A stretch of 60,165 nt of DNA from the IMG/VR virus record IMGVR_UViG_3300043399_000886, positions 1 to 60,165 of that record; one strand, written 5' to 3'. The translations under genes and the position numbers were made by a program. The notes beneath the pieces are model-generated. The model was not told where the DNA came from, made no database searches, and worked only from the letters and a program-made list of their open reading frames with translations. Source of the DNA: a virus (Duplodnaviria > Caudoviricetes). Of this stretch, positions 37,301 through 44,635 are shown in pieces (position 1 is the stretch's first letter; every line of letters begins with the position of its first letter).

Positions 37301-40300
37301 CTTGGCGTTGCTCACCCGGGCGCGTACGACATCGGCGACGGCGCGGTAGGCGTGAGGCGCCTCGACCTTCATCAGGTGGACGAGCTCGTGGCCGAACACG
37401 GCCAGCGGCGAGACGGACGAGGACTCGTTCAGGTAGATCGTGTCGGGCAGGCTCGGGCGCACGAAGCCGTCGTCGCTCGTGCCGTTGAAGAACACGACCT
37501 TCTTGTTGAAGAGCCCGGCCACGCCGCGGATGAGCCTGGCCTGCGACTTCGTGATTGCGCGGCGGCCTTCGGTGGCGCCCGCCGGCTGCTCGGGGAACTT
37601 CGACTCGTCGGCGACGAACAGCGGCTTGCCGCCGACCTTGAGAATCTCCACGCCCGGCGCGAGGTCCGGAGCGACGGTGCGAGCGACGTCCTCGACGGCG
37701 GCCTGCGACTTCGTGCGATCGGTCTTCAGCCAGGACTTGAACTCCTCCATCGTCATGGCCTTCATGGCCTTGCGCCGGCGCGGGCCGGAGCCGTCGGAGA
37801 AGTGCTGGTCGTAGATGCGCTCCGCGGCCGCCTGGTCGGCCACGCCCAGCACGACCTTGTGCTCGTCGAACGAGCCGTCGTCCTTGTACTGGTCGAACAC
37901 GAACACCGGGGAACCCGGGCGCGCGTTCTCCGGCAGGTAGACGTCAACCTGGTCGCCGTCGGCGCCCTCGGTGCGGCGCACGAAGCCGTAGTGGGCCTTC
38001 ATGTCGACGGACCACTTCGTGCCGTCCGGCGCGGTGCCGGAGCGGGTGGACCCGACCGGGTTCTCGACGGCGACCTTCAGGCCATCGAACGTGACGTCGC
38101 CCTTCGCGTACTGGCCAGCCTTGGCCTGTCCCTCGGTGGGCTGGGGCGTGTCGTTCAGCGGGCTCGTGGCTGCGGTCTGGGCGCGGGTGTTGATGAAGTC
38201 CGCGACGGCCCGGCGCGCGAACTGCGAGTCGGCCATGCCGTCGAGCTTGAACTCCTGGCGCTTGGTCGGGTTGATGAAGAAGAACCCGTCCTCGCGGCGC
38301 TCGACGCGATCGAAGCCCAGGGACGCGAGCTGGCCGAGCATGGCCATGCGCTTGCGGCGGAAGGCCGGCGCGGTGTCGCCGGGCGCGGCCGGCGGGATGG
38401 CGACCTGCGGCGCGGCGATCTGCTCGAATGGGGCGGGAGTCTCGACGGCGGGCGCCTCGGCTGCCGGGGCTTCTGTTGCTGGCGCAACAGTTTGTTGTCC
38501 TGCGGGCAGCGCAAAGTCGTCGACCGGCGGCAGGGATTCCTCCTGCGCGAGCTGGTCCAGGCGCAGCTGAGCGGCATCCGCGGCGGTGCCAGCCGGCGCC
38601 ACCGAGCGCGCAGGCATCCTGCCAGGCGCTGGATCGCCGGCCTGGCCGTCCTCGGTCTCGAGTCCCTGCAGGCGCGCGGCGGCCGCATCGGAGGCGGCCT
38701 GACCTTCGGGCGTGGTGCCCACGGTGGGTGCCGGCGGGACCGGACGCGTCAGAAGCGCAGCGGAGGGGCCTGCGGCTTGCGCAGGGGCCGCAGGAGCGTC
38801 GATCGGGGCCTGGGTGGGGGCAGAGTACCTGCCGATGATCTCGAACGCCTGGCGGGCGAAATCGCCCCGCGTCGCGGCCGGGATAGCCGGGTCACGAGCC
38901 TGGGCAGCCAGCTCGACCAGCGAGCGGCGATCGGGCTCCGACATCTGCAGGCGCAGGTCGCGATCGTTCAGCGCGTTCTCGATGGCGCCGAGCTCCGGCA
39001 CGACCGGCGTGACCGGCGGCTCGGGAGCGTTCTCCTTGGCCCAGTCGATGGCGAGCTCGATGCGGCCCAGGGCCTGCTCGCGCGTCGCGGCCGCGGTGGA
39101 TCCGCTGCGGACGATGGCGAGGTCGTTCAGGAACTGCTTGGGCTGGTACGGCGACTCGTCGGAGCGCAGGGTGCGCAGCACGCCCAGGTCGCGGATCTGC
39201 TGCTCCAGCGGGGCCAGGCGCTCGGCGATCGGGTCGACCGGAGTCTCGGGCTCAGGCTGGGGCTGGACCGGCGGCATTGCATCGACGCCCGCCACCGCGG
39301 CGCTCGAGAGTGGCGAGTTGCCCTCCGCGGCCTTGTCCTGGACAGGCTTCGGCGCGGCCGGCTTCACCGGCGGGCTCGACAGCGCACCGGCCACACCGCC
39401 CGTGGCCTTGCCGACGGCGGCGCCACCGATGAAGTCTCCGAGCGTGTCGCGCGTGGCGTTCTCGAGCGCGGGCTTGCCCTGGCCGATGTTCTCGCCGATG
39501 TTCTGGCCGACCTTCTCCGACGTCTCCTGGCCGCCTTCCATGATGGCGCCGCCTGCCGCGCCGACCGCGGTGCGCACCGGCAGGGACCCGGAGACGCTGC
39601 CGAGCGCGCGGGAGACGCCCCGCTTGAGGATGATGCCCTCGATGACCTTGGCGTTGAACGCACCGCCCGCGGCGCCGGCGACCGAGGAGATCGCGCCCGC
39701 CCAGCGGGCCGAGCTGTTGATGACGGAGTCGCGCGCAGCCTGCTCGTCGCCGGTGGCCTGGAAGGCCTCAGCGTACGCGGGAACCTCAGCAAGCAGCTGC
39801 TCGTGCGTCATGCCGCTCATCTGCTCGCGCAGGCTCTCGCGCACGTCGCCCGCCGCGGCGCCGCCGGTGACGGCTGCGTTGGTGCTCGCGCCCAGCACGG
39901 ACATCGCACGCTGCGCGCTCTTGAGCTCGGTGGCGAGCTGGGCGACCTTCGCTGCGTCGCCCGCCTCCTTGGCCGCCTTGAGGGCGCCGGAGAGCTTGCT
40001 CACGCGCCCAGCCTGGCCGACCACAGGGATGAGCATGGTCGACAGCGAGCCCAGTCCGTTGACCAGCAACATGCCCCACCCCTGCGCGCTGTCGGGCAGC
40101 TCGACGCTTGAGGTGTCGCCCTCCAAAACCTTGGCGACGTCACCCTTGACGGTGGCGTCCTCGCGGGCCTGCTTGCCGCCCTCGGTCATGCTGTTGCGCA
40201 GCGCGTCGGAGGCGGGCTTCAGGAGGTTCTTGCCCTCGTACTGCTCGGTCCCGGTGGCCGAGTTGGCGACCGCGGCCATGCCTTCGCCGATGAACTGGCC

Positions 40301-40930
40301 GATCGAGCCGACGGAGTCGACGGCTGAGGCGCCGAACTCCTTCACGTAGTCGCCCAGGGTGGCCGACTCTGCCGTCTTGGCGTTGCCGCCCACGAGCTGC
40401 GTGTTGGGGGCCGGCGAGAACTCGGTGCTGGAGCCTCCAGACGTCTTGCCGGCGCGCGCCATCACCGACGGCACGTAATCGCGCGTCTCGCGCGGCAGCA
40501 TGGTCAGCCAAGCGTTAGGGTCGCCGGCCTTGGTGGCGCGGTCGACAGCGCTGCGCACGGCCGCGGGTCCTGCGTTGTAGGCTGCCAGTGCCTTCGCGGT
40601 GTCGCCGAAGTCCTCGAGTTGCTTCTGGTAGTAGGCGCGACCCAGGAGCTTGTTGTACTCGGCGTCGTTGCGATACCTGACCTCGTCGAACTCCACGCCG
40701 GCCAGGCGCGCAGCCTCCGGCGCAGTGCCGGGCATCACCTGCGCGATGCCGATGGCGCCCGCCTTGCTCGTGATCGGCTTGCCCGCCTTGTCGAACTGGC
40801 GTCCGCCGGACTCCTGTCCGAGCAGCGCATTGAAGACCGCGTCGGGCGCGGCTTTGGCGGCGCCGGCGGCCGCGGTGCTGGCGGAGTCGATGCCAAGGTC
40901 AACGAGCGAGTCGAGGAAGCTGTTTGCCAT
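25292..40930 (-). CDS. giant polyvalent internal virion/DNA-ejection protein (5212 aa)
   Basis: N-terminal SLT, InPase, HExxH metallopeptidase, several ART-PolyVal-like domains, C-terminal LPD38-like region; last gene of ejection operon. Confidence 0.9.
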   Translation of the reverse strand: MANSFLDSLVDLGIDSASTAAAGAAKAAPDAVFNALLGQESGGRQFDKAGKPITSKAGAIGIAQVMPGTAPEAARLAGVEFDEVRYRNDAEYNKLLGRAYYQKQLEDFGDTAKALAAYNAGPAAVRSAVDRATKAGDPNAWLTMLPRETRDYVPSVMARAGKTSGGSSTEFSPAPNTQLVGGNAKTAESATLGDYVKEFGASAVDSVGSIGQFIGEGMAAVANSATGTEQYEGKNLLKPASDALRNSMTEGGKQAREDATVKGDVAKVLEGDTSSVELPDSAQGWGMLLVNGLGSLSTMLIPVVGQAGRVSKLSGALKAAKEAGDAAKVAQLATELKSAQRAMSVLGASTNAAVTGGAAAGDVRESLREQMSGMTHEQLLAEVPAYAEAFQATGDEQAARDSVINSSARWAGAISSVAGAAGGAFNAKVIEGIILKRGVSRALGSVSGSLPVRTAVGAAGGAIMEGGQETSEKVGQNIGENIGQGKPALENATRDTLGDFIGGAAVGKATGGVAGALSSPPVKPAAPKPVQDKAAEGNSPLSSAAVAGVDAMPPVQPQPEPETPVDPIAERLAPLEQQIRDLGVLRTLRSDESPYQPKQFLNDLAIVRSGSTAAATREQALGRIELAIDWAKENAPEPPVTPVVPELGAIENALNDRDLRLQMSEPDRRSLVELAAQARDPAIPAATRGDFARQAFEIIGRYSAPTQAPIDAPAAPAQAAGPSAALLTRPVPPAPTVGTTPEGQAASDAAAARLQGLETEDGQAGDPAPGRMPARSVAPAGTAADAAQLRLDQLAQEESLPPVDDFALPAGQQTVAPATEAPAAEAPAVETPAPFEQIAAPQVAIPPAAPGDTAPAFRRKRMAMLGQLASLGFDRVERREDGFFFINPTKRQEFKLDGMADSQFARRAVADFINTRAQTAATSPLNDTPQPTEGQAKAGQYAKGDVTFDGLKVAVENPVGSTRSGTAPDGTKWSVDMKAHYGFVRRTEGADGDQVDVYLPENARPGSPVFVFDQYKDDGSFDEHKVVLGVADQAAAERIYDQHFSDGSGPRRRKAMKAMTMEEFKSWLKTDRTKSQAAVEDVARTVAPDLAPGVEILKVGGKPLFVADESKFPEQPAGATEGRRAITKSQARLIRGVAGLFNKKVVFFNGTSDDGFVRPSLPDTIYLNESSSVSPLAVFGHELVHLMKVEAPHAYRAVADVVRARVSNAKGFRDDYFGKYVLADESGKQVASFRLASEANAALQKLPGGKILEQPDIDLNDSELEELVSDLNGDQMRSGNFWSDVFTRIQQDAGPKAPSVIAKVVATVQEMLNRLTEMFQGQRGFNAERFVRDTDAIRGALRDGMARYMKQTNTSSTKLAADVQRAKAEIKKSTMRAEAPDVFRKIMERAGYDAIARTNENLRDAGKYREIAVLSPTQVKSAIGNNGQFDPANPDIRKSTERAEAPSPEFGIHFSRQPRAALNGAFYGQGLKGLEAERLRETTDGRLKSRVYFYIDEGQGVRPEAGVGGVAHQVKLPKLYDAKADPLKLWNGADINGTESAILDAGFDGYWVKNHPTGQGIGVVIGKASTNMPAETVPTPAVPVPPKAVPQDLKRGLMSAEMQRVDVTSIPGARLRSGTLIVPETSRDQANAEMERIGSSIRFSPVRGEDVQRAASEYAQVEAQYRNTDQWMKAPNGQPTKLSERQWVQVRTPSFKQWFGDWEKFAGVEGGVWSDARGEVSKAVDENGEPLVVYHGTETGGFAEFKRPTGDRRGELGIFASADYGMARSYARRGRAKDFTAEDLENYEEGGRNVGIYALFVNLRNPSEEDFDGANWSGSREHQNIVLDANGEHYYAEDGRGHFETDEATKIADEIGGTVEAPDDHYTTTDGVVREARRYNNDGAIIRSVIDDGGGPGYSGLPGNVFVAFDPNQVKSADFNGGTFSVSSDDIRLSVDRSAADENRMSVVVGGKPGEFGWNFTRNDLTPPPIQAPAVFGPRLEKIGPAVQKILSSKKFAELADSALGIKGLRVVPIQGSWLGNPEPSYALVADSMTYDQATQLSKLLGFAFAQDATVVYKPSPEDDMAGTPAAYVGNDTKLTKKQLDKVIEAARAAGLDYSTTQDGRAVKFLYFGPGEQYLDFIDQVWDIQQSAGLKYSDLFFVRSDLNEANTYVQAGDGSGSPAAWLSDREPGPSSLFRRAVDALVVPYAKAVGAEGYRFAVQRFADKFGLSDAQRELIRDALIPRSGRSKSTVSIASGEEKLDITPTGANGKVTVSDILWALQNRSAQAGLIEPGDYSERAKKVIAEAIAEEVIFHLQSPRGGKSAIGWYDRALKAAKKDYQSIFPELATDPDAEMLFDAIWGITSQGNDVFSNSVYGARVYNLVRNGQMTLPNAVRILRGTFGGETRAIENNLLKLHDLINRNGYDAMRRFFNTKGRVGDINKRLREDKTLYYSGSPLQVEGKSDQIVTGWMVFGPKIGSFINNLHGDYSTLTADLWFSRSWNRILGYSFVHAPALEADQYQKFISALVAEYNHVNGTLVGPVQPKSVRGDAAVMPEFGPDLEGMTREQIEEILDNPYKALEFAAKLEEDFRKGGYKLKSDMRRAGKVWVEGREGAVAAPRTDLERSFQQDTAEAAQKIIRRKTGQTITIADIQAALWFYEKDDLFGPLGGTNKKSEGADYAGAADQLLLTFKRGNLYLNKTDNVYVFGNRGSYLPGFDPAAVNDAAALQADYDAAPVAGASFNLEDDGADIAITGTKNLEADPQLFRTTVRRVADLARARGVRLLIEPKTPRNWKARARIEQVLTGLGFGPDVDGVWSSDAGSAAASGIQPRSVVDDDGDIPGAKYAEFDDEAHIRYGRDKNGNIRIQAITSSKAVRGRDMLRWLQEEYLSDVLVDEVTEPAAAFFDRMQDEGLIGGWSEKRFRGKYIPVSEAGTTAGPEGDIKFSPRRGEPPKKTVKAYKLFRVDAKKPGQLFPLFVSANEPVKMGAWLDAEVGQQAEPTKTGKPQVKSKLGPLALRPGWHAGDLPIATHIGSNPAPRFDEESGKVKTLPSVRPANQVWAEIEMAADRDWQAEAEKRAVPYKITNPATGAVKGQPNPATAHITDQVPVDGFYRYKTNPNMTGNWLIGGSMKVTRVLSDDEVAAINKAAGVADLPRAQPFDAKKYGFDTKASPARDVTGTEEFRRWFGESVMTENGEPGGKPLVLYHGGFDFASASEGKSVPKVGSRGALGVGFYMTPDLEIAEDYANVGSTQGGKVNKLYARVTRPLEIGKDGKDAYDPAVDALVQLGVAREKAQRMAENAYEKYGYLGSEIKKRAIEQGYDGIAKYNNGKLTEVVVWSAPQIKSATDNNGRFSWNPDIRRSPERDQNFTAWTGGHTVVPAEVASLYKFETGSPVVVEGFHGTKRDFDRVDTAISSAGYFLSSKPLVADEYAGVYEEARNKALQPGGNVQRQYVRMDNPLVINARGASFNRIDTRGVPGYGLPMSNTDMINQWAKQQGYDGIIYKDLRDSISRPDGRGATPSNVYVSFKPTYVKSAIGNSGAFSLDNESFLRSPERSPLGYVSALARGIDAMQTKQAPAGAWKAQIKGLINKGIAKAEEIEWSGINDWLDLQQGKVSKEAVAEYLERGGVQVEEVVLGGPRGLPEILSRHFENSSRRQPTTTDGWIAEAEREERIARQFRARGDTERANRMFSIAEAMNEYAEQGETGALGTKYSQYTLPGGENYREVLLTLPVKRDEREIGREEAIKLSADESRFVYARYPLDDGDIETERMLSPGEFDGVTPSARFYEMPGGIDSAQEGAYRSTHWDQPNVLAHIRVNDRTDADGKRVLFVEELQSDWGQEGKKKGFASESDVKPVSRKEYDAFADKLLDDYIEQRVQAGESREEAGRRGINMPFPQMAQELGRGDEYARMRAGRDLDMEGGSDKIPAAPFVTKTEGWLNLALKRVMVMAAEGGYDRVAFVNGEQSADRYDLSQQLDEVLYDRKSAGGGVIIGRKDGSNAVTRDVASDDDVADVVGKELAQRLIDAPKNEYGMHRIAGLDLKVGGEGMKTFYDTIVPTALKKLLPKVGGGQMSEVRVGISTDTAGYDPSNVWIMDERDSGLMAYRTRAEAERMLPSIQGMYPQKKLRIVESNPDTSLRAQPGFDVTDAMREKVAEGLPLFSRERVTDTPEFKAWFGDSKVVDADGKPLVVYHGTSGDFSVFDFDRVRRADELGVFTSASPDVASSYGEGGSVMPLYLAIRKPYFMDNDERMMIQVFGSEYDEEGTTGFVNGLKKSGYDGIYVPGDPNGDTEEEQNDQWIAFYPEQIKSAIGNRGTFDPADPDIRRSTGRTATGAVWDSPSASKWDDFVYKAQDKLVDVKRVVESLREASGAIADDLNVYLQEELYHGRAAKRTEDFVNMELTPLLEQLSKDGLSMADLEEFLHARHAKEANEAIAKRNPGNPDFQDGGSGMETGEAQNYLATLPADLRTKLEAAAAKVDGIIEQTRQLYVDYELESQATVDGWKNAYQHYIPLMREDKDGSPGLGQGFSIKGREVKGRTGSKRKVVDILANVAIQREKAIVRGEKNRVSQALIGLAQSNPNPDFWTVDQVPTERVFDPATGLVKDQPDPLYKSRANAVVAKIADANGVVREHAVVFNEDDPRALRMAGALKNLDAGDLEGLLGVSAKISRYFASVNTQWNPVFGVVNLVRDVQSAVLNLSSTPLKDVDKRKFGLDTLSALRGVYADARAARKGRNPGSQWARLWDEFQEVGGQTGYRELFRTSSDRAKAIEKALNPDAWMDSGLGKIFTAGGALKVPLSVAMKGARWLFDWIGDYNLAFENGVRLAAYKAGLDKGLSKEQAASVAKNLTVNFNRKGQVSQQAGALYAFFNASVQGTARMGQTLFTMEPGKPKTLRLSAAGKKIVYGGMMLGSMQALALAAAGFNDDDPPEFVRERSLIIPVGGGKYVTIPMPLGFHVLPGIGRVATEFALSGFKDPHKRALSLASLFAETFNPIGNAGLSMQTLAPTALDPLVALAENRDWTGRPIARESSNKAIPGSALGRDTATSLAKTVSEAVNTLSGGNKYVAGVFSPTPDQIDYLIGQLTGGVGRELSKVEQTVLSTARGEALPTYKVPLLGRFVGDTKSQASEGTAFYANTDRLNELETEIKGLQKDGKNAEANALRRERSEAYLITAASRAERQIQRLRLDKRELIKQGAPREQVKAIEDRITETMARLNRQMEALQQRQ
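34279..34491 (-). CDS. putative overprinted 70-aa gene in an alternative frame of the giant gene
   Basis: GGAG 8 nt upstream of ATG; host-frame codons become A/T-ending here while this frame is mostly G/C-ending; SPDHPVYSEGPS motif. Confidence 0.55.
   Translation of the reverse strand: MKPTRMSRQEMEAAARQRGFRIASPDHPVYSEGPSMLLLSRTQRQSEPRVIDLPYSDSPTSSDSPTPSES
35145..35950 (-). other. domain: ART-PolyVal-like ADP-ribosyltransferase (further copies 30911-31455, 30340-30885, 28013-28480; truncated 36629-36790; divergent 36200-36590)
   Basis: F..WFG...D.NG.PLVVYHGT...G.F.S...A..Y...G(Y)DG.I...F.P.Q.KSA..N.G.F. Confidence 0.8.
37090..37520 (-). other. domain: zincin-like metallopeptidase (MPTase)
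   Basis: DGFV...IYLN...GHELVH (37376-37390)...EELVSD. Confidence 0.75.
37720..38140 (-). other. domain: inorganic pyrophosphatase-like (InPase of polyvalent proteins)
   Basis: PTEGQAKAGQYAKG...ENPVGS.RSG...HYGFV..TEGADGDQVDVY...FDEHKVVLG. Confidence 0.85.
38485..38497. promoter_or_regulatory. intragenic operator-like site CAACAGTTTGTTG
   Basis: Matches CAAC-N5-GTTG; AT-rich patch within a Pro/Ala linker. Confidence 0.45.
40455..40835 (-). other. domain: soluble lytic transglycosylase
   Basis: QESGG...GAIGIAQVMPGTA...ALAAYNAGP...ETRDYV. Confidence 0.9.
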
Positions 40931-40948
40931 GGGTGTGCTGCAGTTGCG

Positions 40949-43012
40949 TTACTGGGCCCGGCGCAGCGCGCGCAGGACTTCGGAGCTCAGGACGTCGCTG
41001 TACTTGTTGTAGTAGTTGCGAGCCTCGTCGGGCTTGAGGACCTTGGCCGCCTCGGGCGTCAACCAGGCGATCTCGGCCTTGCGCGCCTCGACGTCCTTGG
41101 TGCGCCGCTGGGCATCCAGCGCACGCGCGGAGCGCACGATGTCAGCCTGGTCGCGACTCTGCTGGATGCGCGCTGCGATCTCCGGCGGAGGAGCCATGCC
41201 ACCCGCTGCCGGGATCGGGCGCACGTTGTCTGGAATCTTGGCCGGAACGACCTTACCGTCCGCGACCGTGTAGCCCGACCCCTCCAGCGCGGTGCGAATC
41301 GCCTGCGCGCGGCCGCCGCTCTTCTCGTCGCCGAACCCGTACAGGCTGATCAGGTTGAGAGCCGGCTCGGCGGCATCGATGGCCGCCTTGGATGCCGCCT
41401 GGAAGTCGGCCTCGGCGGGCTCGCGGCCGGTCTTGGCTTTGAAGGCGGCAACGCGCTCCGGCGTGCGCACGCCGGCGGCAAGCGTCGTGTTCAGGTCGCG
41501 GCGAGCCTCGGGGCTGAAGGCCGCCGCCACGAGCGTGCTGCGGTCGCTCTTGGGCAGGCTGGCCAGGTACTCGTCGGCGATCGGCCGCAACTGCTCGGGC
41601 TTCACGCCGCGCGGAGCACTCGGTGTGCCGCGCCGCTCGAGGATGTAGTTGCCGCCGCGGAACTCGACTGCGTCGACCACCTGCCCGCTCTTCGGGTCGA
41701 ACTTGAGCTTGACCTGCGTGGGGTCGACCACTGAGCCGACGGCAACATCGGCCGCCACCGCAGGATCGACGCCAGGGTTCTCGGCCAAGAACTGGCGCGC
41801 CAGCGTCTGCACGCGCGCGGCTTGCGTCGGCTGCATGTCCTTGAACGTGGAGTTCTCGGCGATGAACTTGAGCACCTTGCCGAGAGGCTCGTCGTCCTTG
41901 GTGGTGCCGCCACTGCCGCCGGACTTGCCGCTGTCGATCTTGCGCAGCACCATTTCTCCGTTCGGGCCAACCACCATCTCTTCGCCGGGCCGCAAGCTGC
42001 CGTAGGCGACCTCGACGTCTTTCCCTTGCGTGATGTCGTAGGCCATGCGCTTCTCGCCGGGCTTGAGCGTGTACGGCTCCATCCGCTTCGCCTGGTATGC
42101 GGCCATCTTCTCGGCGCGGGCGCGGGCTGCAGAGATGCGGCCATCGGCACCAGAGAGGTAGTCGATGACGTAGGACTCGACGTTCGGGACAAGAACCTGA
42201 CCGTCTTTGCCGACGAGCTGGTGGACGCTGCGCCCGCCCTCGGTGAGGGTCTTGAACGATGCGCCCTCGGGCAGCTTCGTCATGCCGGTGCCGTTGAAGA
42301 ACTTCGCGGCGTCCTCCGGCTTGCCGGCGTCGAGCATCGTCAGGACCCGGAACGCGCCTTCCTTGTCGGCCTCCCTGGCGCGGTTCAGGTAGATCTGCGC
42401 GAGCTCGGGGCTCTTGGCTTCCAGGCGCTCTGCCATGCTGCGGTAGCGGTGGTAGCTCGAGACGGGGTTTGCTTCAGCCCAGGCCTTCGCATCCGCCGCA
42501 GCGTTCATGCCGGTGAAGAGCTTCTTCGAGCCGTCGAGGGTCGTGACCGAGTAAGTCTTCGTGGGCGCAGCCTTCGGCGCGTCGGGCGCGGCAGGCGCCT
42601 TCACGTCAAGCTCGGGCGTCGCGGTTGCGGCCGGCGGCGTGTCGGTGATCTTCGGCGTCGTGTCGACCTTCGGCAGGTCGACCTTGGGCTCGCCATCGAG
42701 CTTCGGCGCCTCGACCTTCGGGGCGGCCTCCGTCTTCGGCGAGGGCGGCTCGGTCCAACCCGTCTCAAGCTGCTCGACAGGCGTCGTCTCCTCCTGGACC
42801 GTGCCGGCGCGGCTGGCGTCGTCGACGATCTTCTGCGCGTCACGGGCTCGGTTGCGCTGCTCCTCCTGGTAGGCGGCGTTGTCCATCGCAGCCTTGTGCT
42901 GGTCGGCCGCCATCTGGTCGAGCTTGTCCTGGCGTTGGCGCTCGTACTCCTTGTCCTTGGCCTTGAGGTAGCCGCTGCCGAACCCGGCAGCGAAAGATAG
43001 GAGCTTGCTCAT
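40949..43012 (-). CDS. internal virion / ejection protein (687 aa)
   Basis: FAAGFGSGY N-terminus, coiled coil, PK-rich repeats; between pilot-like and giant genes. Confidence 0.75.
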   Translation of the reverse strand: MSKLLSFAAGFGSGYLKAKDKEYERQRQDKLDQMAADQHKAAMDNAAYQEEQRNRARDAQKIVDDASRAGTVQEETTPVEQLETGWTEPPSPKTEAAPKVEAPKLDGEPKVDLPKVDTTPKITDTPPAATATPELDVKAPAAPDAPKAAPTKTYSVTTLDGSKKLFTGMNAAADAKAWAEANPVSSYHRYRSMAERLEAKSPELAQIYLNRAREADKEGAFRVLTMLDAGKPEDAAKFFNGTGMTKLPEGASFKTLTEGGRSVHQLVGKDGQVLVPNVESYVIDYLSGADGRISAARARAEKMAAYQAKRMEPYTLKPGEKRMAYDITQGKDVEVAYGSLRPGEEMVVGPNGEMVLRKIDSGKSGGSGGTTKDDEPLGKVLKFIAENSTFKDMQPTQAARVQTLARQFLAENPGVDPAVAADVAVGSVVDPTQVKLKFDPKSGQVVDAVEFRGGNYILERRGTPSAPRGVKPEQLRPIADEYLASLPKSDRSTLVAAAFSPEARRDLNTTLAAGVRTPERVAAFKAKTGREPAEADFQAASKAAIDAAEPALNLISLYGFGDEKSGGRAQAIRTALEGSGYTVADGKVVPAKIPDNVRPIPAAGGMAPPPEIAARIQQSRDQADIVRSARALDAQRRTKDVEARKAEIAWLTPEAAKVLKPDEARNYYNKYSDVLSSEVLRALRRAQ

Positions 43013-44127
43013 GCCTGTTCCTTCTCCAGCTGGCGCTCGAGGCGGTCGACCTTGCGAGCGAGCGCGGCGGTCGCCGCCATGTTGATGCCGCCGATCGAGA
43101 TCAGGTCGATCGTCTTGCCGCCAGGCGCGGCGCCCTCGCCCATCGTGCGGTTGACGTCTTGCGCCATCGGGCCGACGTGACGGCCGCCGTCGCCCAGGCC
43201 CTGCTTGTACTGCCAGCGCGAGACTGGCGTGGACTTGACGGCCTCGAGGGCCTGCTCGTCGGACACAGGCTTGATGTCCTGTTTAGCGTTGACGTCGGAG
43301 ATCGCCATGATGCCCTTGGAGATCAGCGACGACCCCGCCTGACTGCCAGCGAACTGCCCGGCGATGCCGCCCAGCGCGCCCCAGATGCCGCTGTCCTGGC
43401 CATCGATCTGTGCGATCTGGCCGTAGATGCTGCCCGCGCTCTGGTTGCCCTGGATCGCGGTGTTGAAGCCCTGGCCAGCGACCATCGCGTTCTGGCCGAC
43501 GTTCTGCATCGCCTGCTGGCCGGTGCCGAAGGCGCCCGCGTTCGAGGCGTTGGCACCCGAGTAGTAGTTCGAGGCGGTGTTCGGCATGTTGCGGCCGAAG
43601 TTCGCTACACCGGCGCGCAGCGCGATGGCCTTGTCGCGGGTGTCGTTGGCCGCGACGTTCTGGGCGCCGGCAGCGGCCAGGGCCTGGCTGCGCGCGAGGT
43701 CCTCGGACATCTTGGCGAAGTTGCCGCTGCTCAGCCCGTAGCGGCCCTGCAGGCGTGCAGCCTGCGCAGACGCGTTGGAGAACTGCTGGTTGACCGCCGC
43801 CGCGGCCTCGCCGGAGCGTCGCTGGACGTTGGCCGCCGAGTCGTAGTCCATCGCGTCGGCAACCATGCGCTGCTCGACGGGGCGGAACGTCGTCTCGTAG
43901 TCGCGGCGCTGGTCCTGCGCGAAGGTCTTCTGCTGCCTGGACGTGTCCAGGTAGTCGCCGACCAGGCGATCAGCCAGCTCCTGCTGCTTGAGCTGGGCCG
44001 GCAGGAGGTCGCGGGCGTAGATGTCCTTGTAGAAATCCAGCGCCTCCTTCGCGATCTCCGCGTTGGCCTCAGCGGCCTTGTTCATGCCGGAGTAGTCTGG
44101 TGCGTCCCCGCAAAGTGACAGTGACAT
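43009..44127 (-). CDS. ejection (pilot-like) protein with C-terminal peptidase S74 chaperone domain
   Basis: G/A/Q/N-rich body; ISDVNAKQDI...V..W.YK...HVGPMAQD...coiled coil. Confidence 0.75.
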   Translation of the reverse strand: MSLSLCGDAPDYSGMNKAAEANAEIAKEALDFYKDIYARDLLPAQLKQQELADRLVGDYLDTSRQQKTFAQDQRRDYETTFRPVEQRMVADAMDYDSAANVQRRSGEAAAAVNQQFSNASAQAARLQGRYGLSSGNFAKMSEDLARSQALAAAGAQNVAANDTRDKAIALRAGVANFGRNMPNTASNYYSGANASNAGAFGTGQQAMQNVGQNAMVAGQGFNTAIQGNQSAGSIYGQIAQIDGQDSGIWGALGGIAGQFAGSQAGSSLISKGIMAISDVNAKQDIKPVSDEQALEAVKSTPVSRWQYKQGLGDGGRHVGPMAQDVNRTMGEGAAPGGKTIDLISIGGINMAATAALARKVDRLERQLEKEQA

Positions 44128-44142
44128 AGCTGTCCCCTAAAT

Positions 44143-44634
44143 CTAGTTGAGATGGGCGCTGAAATTGCCGCCCACGTAGTGCATGCCGAAGTGCCGGTAG
44201 AGCTTCTCCGCGGCTGGCCCCGAGCCTGTTGCCACGCCGGCGCGCAGGTGCTTGGCGCCGCGGTCCTTGGCGACCTGGCAGAACATCTTGAGCATGCCGT
44301 GTGCAGCCCTTGATCCCCGATGTTGCGGGTGGACGTAGAACACGTCCTCGCTTGCCATCACGTCACCCCCGAACCAGGGCCTCTTCAGCGACATGAACAG
44401 CATGCCGGCCACCTCCCCGCCTCGCTCCGCCACGATCAGGAAGCGCTCGTCATTGCCGTGAATCCACGCGCCGATGTTGTTGATCGCCTTCTGCGGGTCG
44501 AAGTCGTAGTGCGCGAAGTCCGTCTCCTGGTGCATGTACACAGACAGCTTGAACACCGGGAGCCTGTCGGCCTCCGTAGCAAGGCGAATGCGCGTCGCGG
44601 CAGAGTCGCCGTCGCGGCGGATCGTGTCGCCCAT
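44143..44634 (-). CDS. GNAT acetyltransferase
   Basis: IRLATEAD...VAERGGEVAGM...FYVHPQHRGS...KLYRHFG. Confidence 0.85.
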   Translation of the reverse strand: MGDTIRRDGDSAATRIRLATEADRLPVFKLSVYMHQETDFAHYDFDPQKAINNIGAWIHGNDERFLIVAERGGEVAGMLFMSLKRPWFGGDVMASEDVFYVHPQHRGSRAAHGMLKMFCQVAKDRGAKHLRAGVATGSGPAAEKLYRHFGMHYVGGNFSAHLN

Positions 44635-44635
44635 G

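Noticed and set aside
36572-40111. 1179-aa + strand ORF (also 26045-28570, 30779-32518 and similar)
   Set aside because: Antisense shadows of the giant gene caused by stop-codon scarcity in GC-rich coding DNA; no motifs
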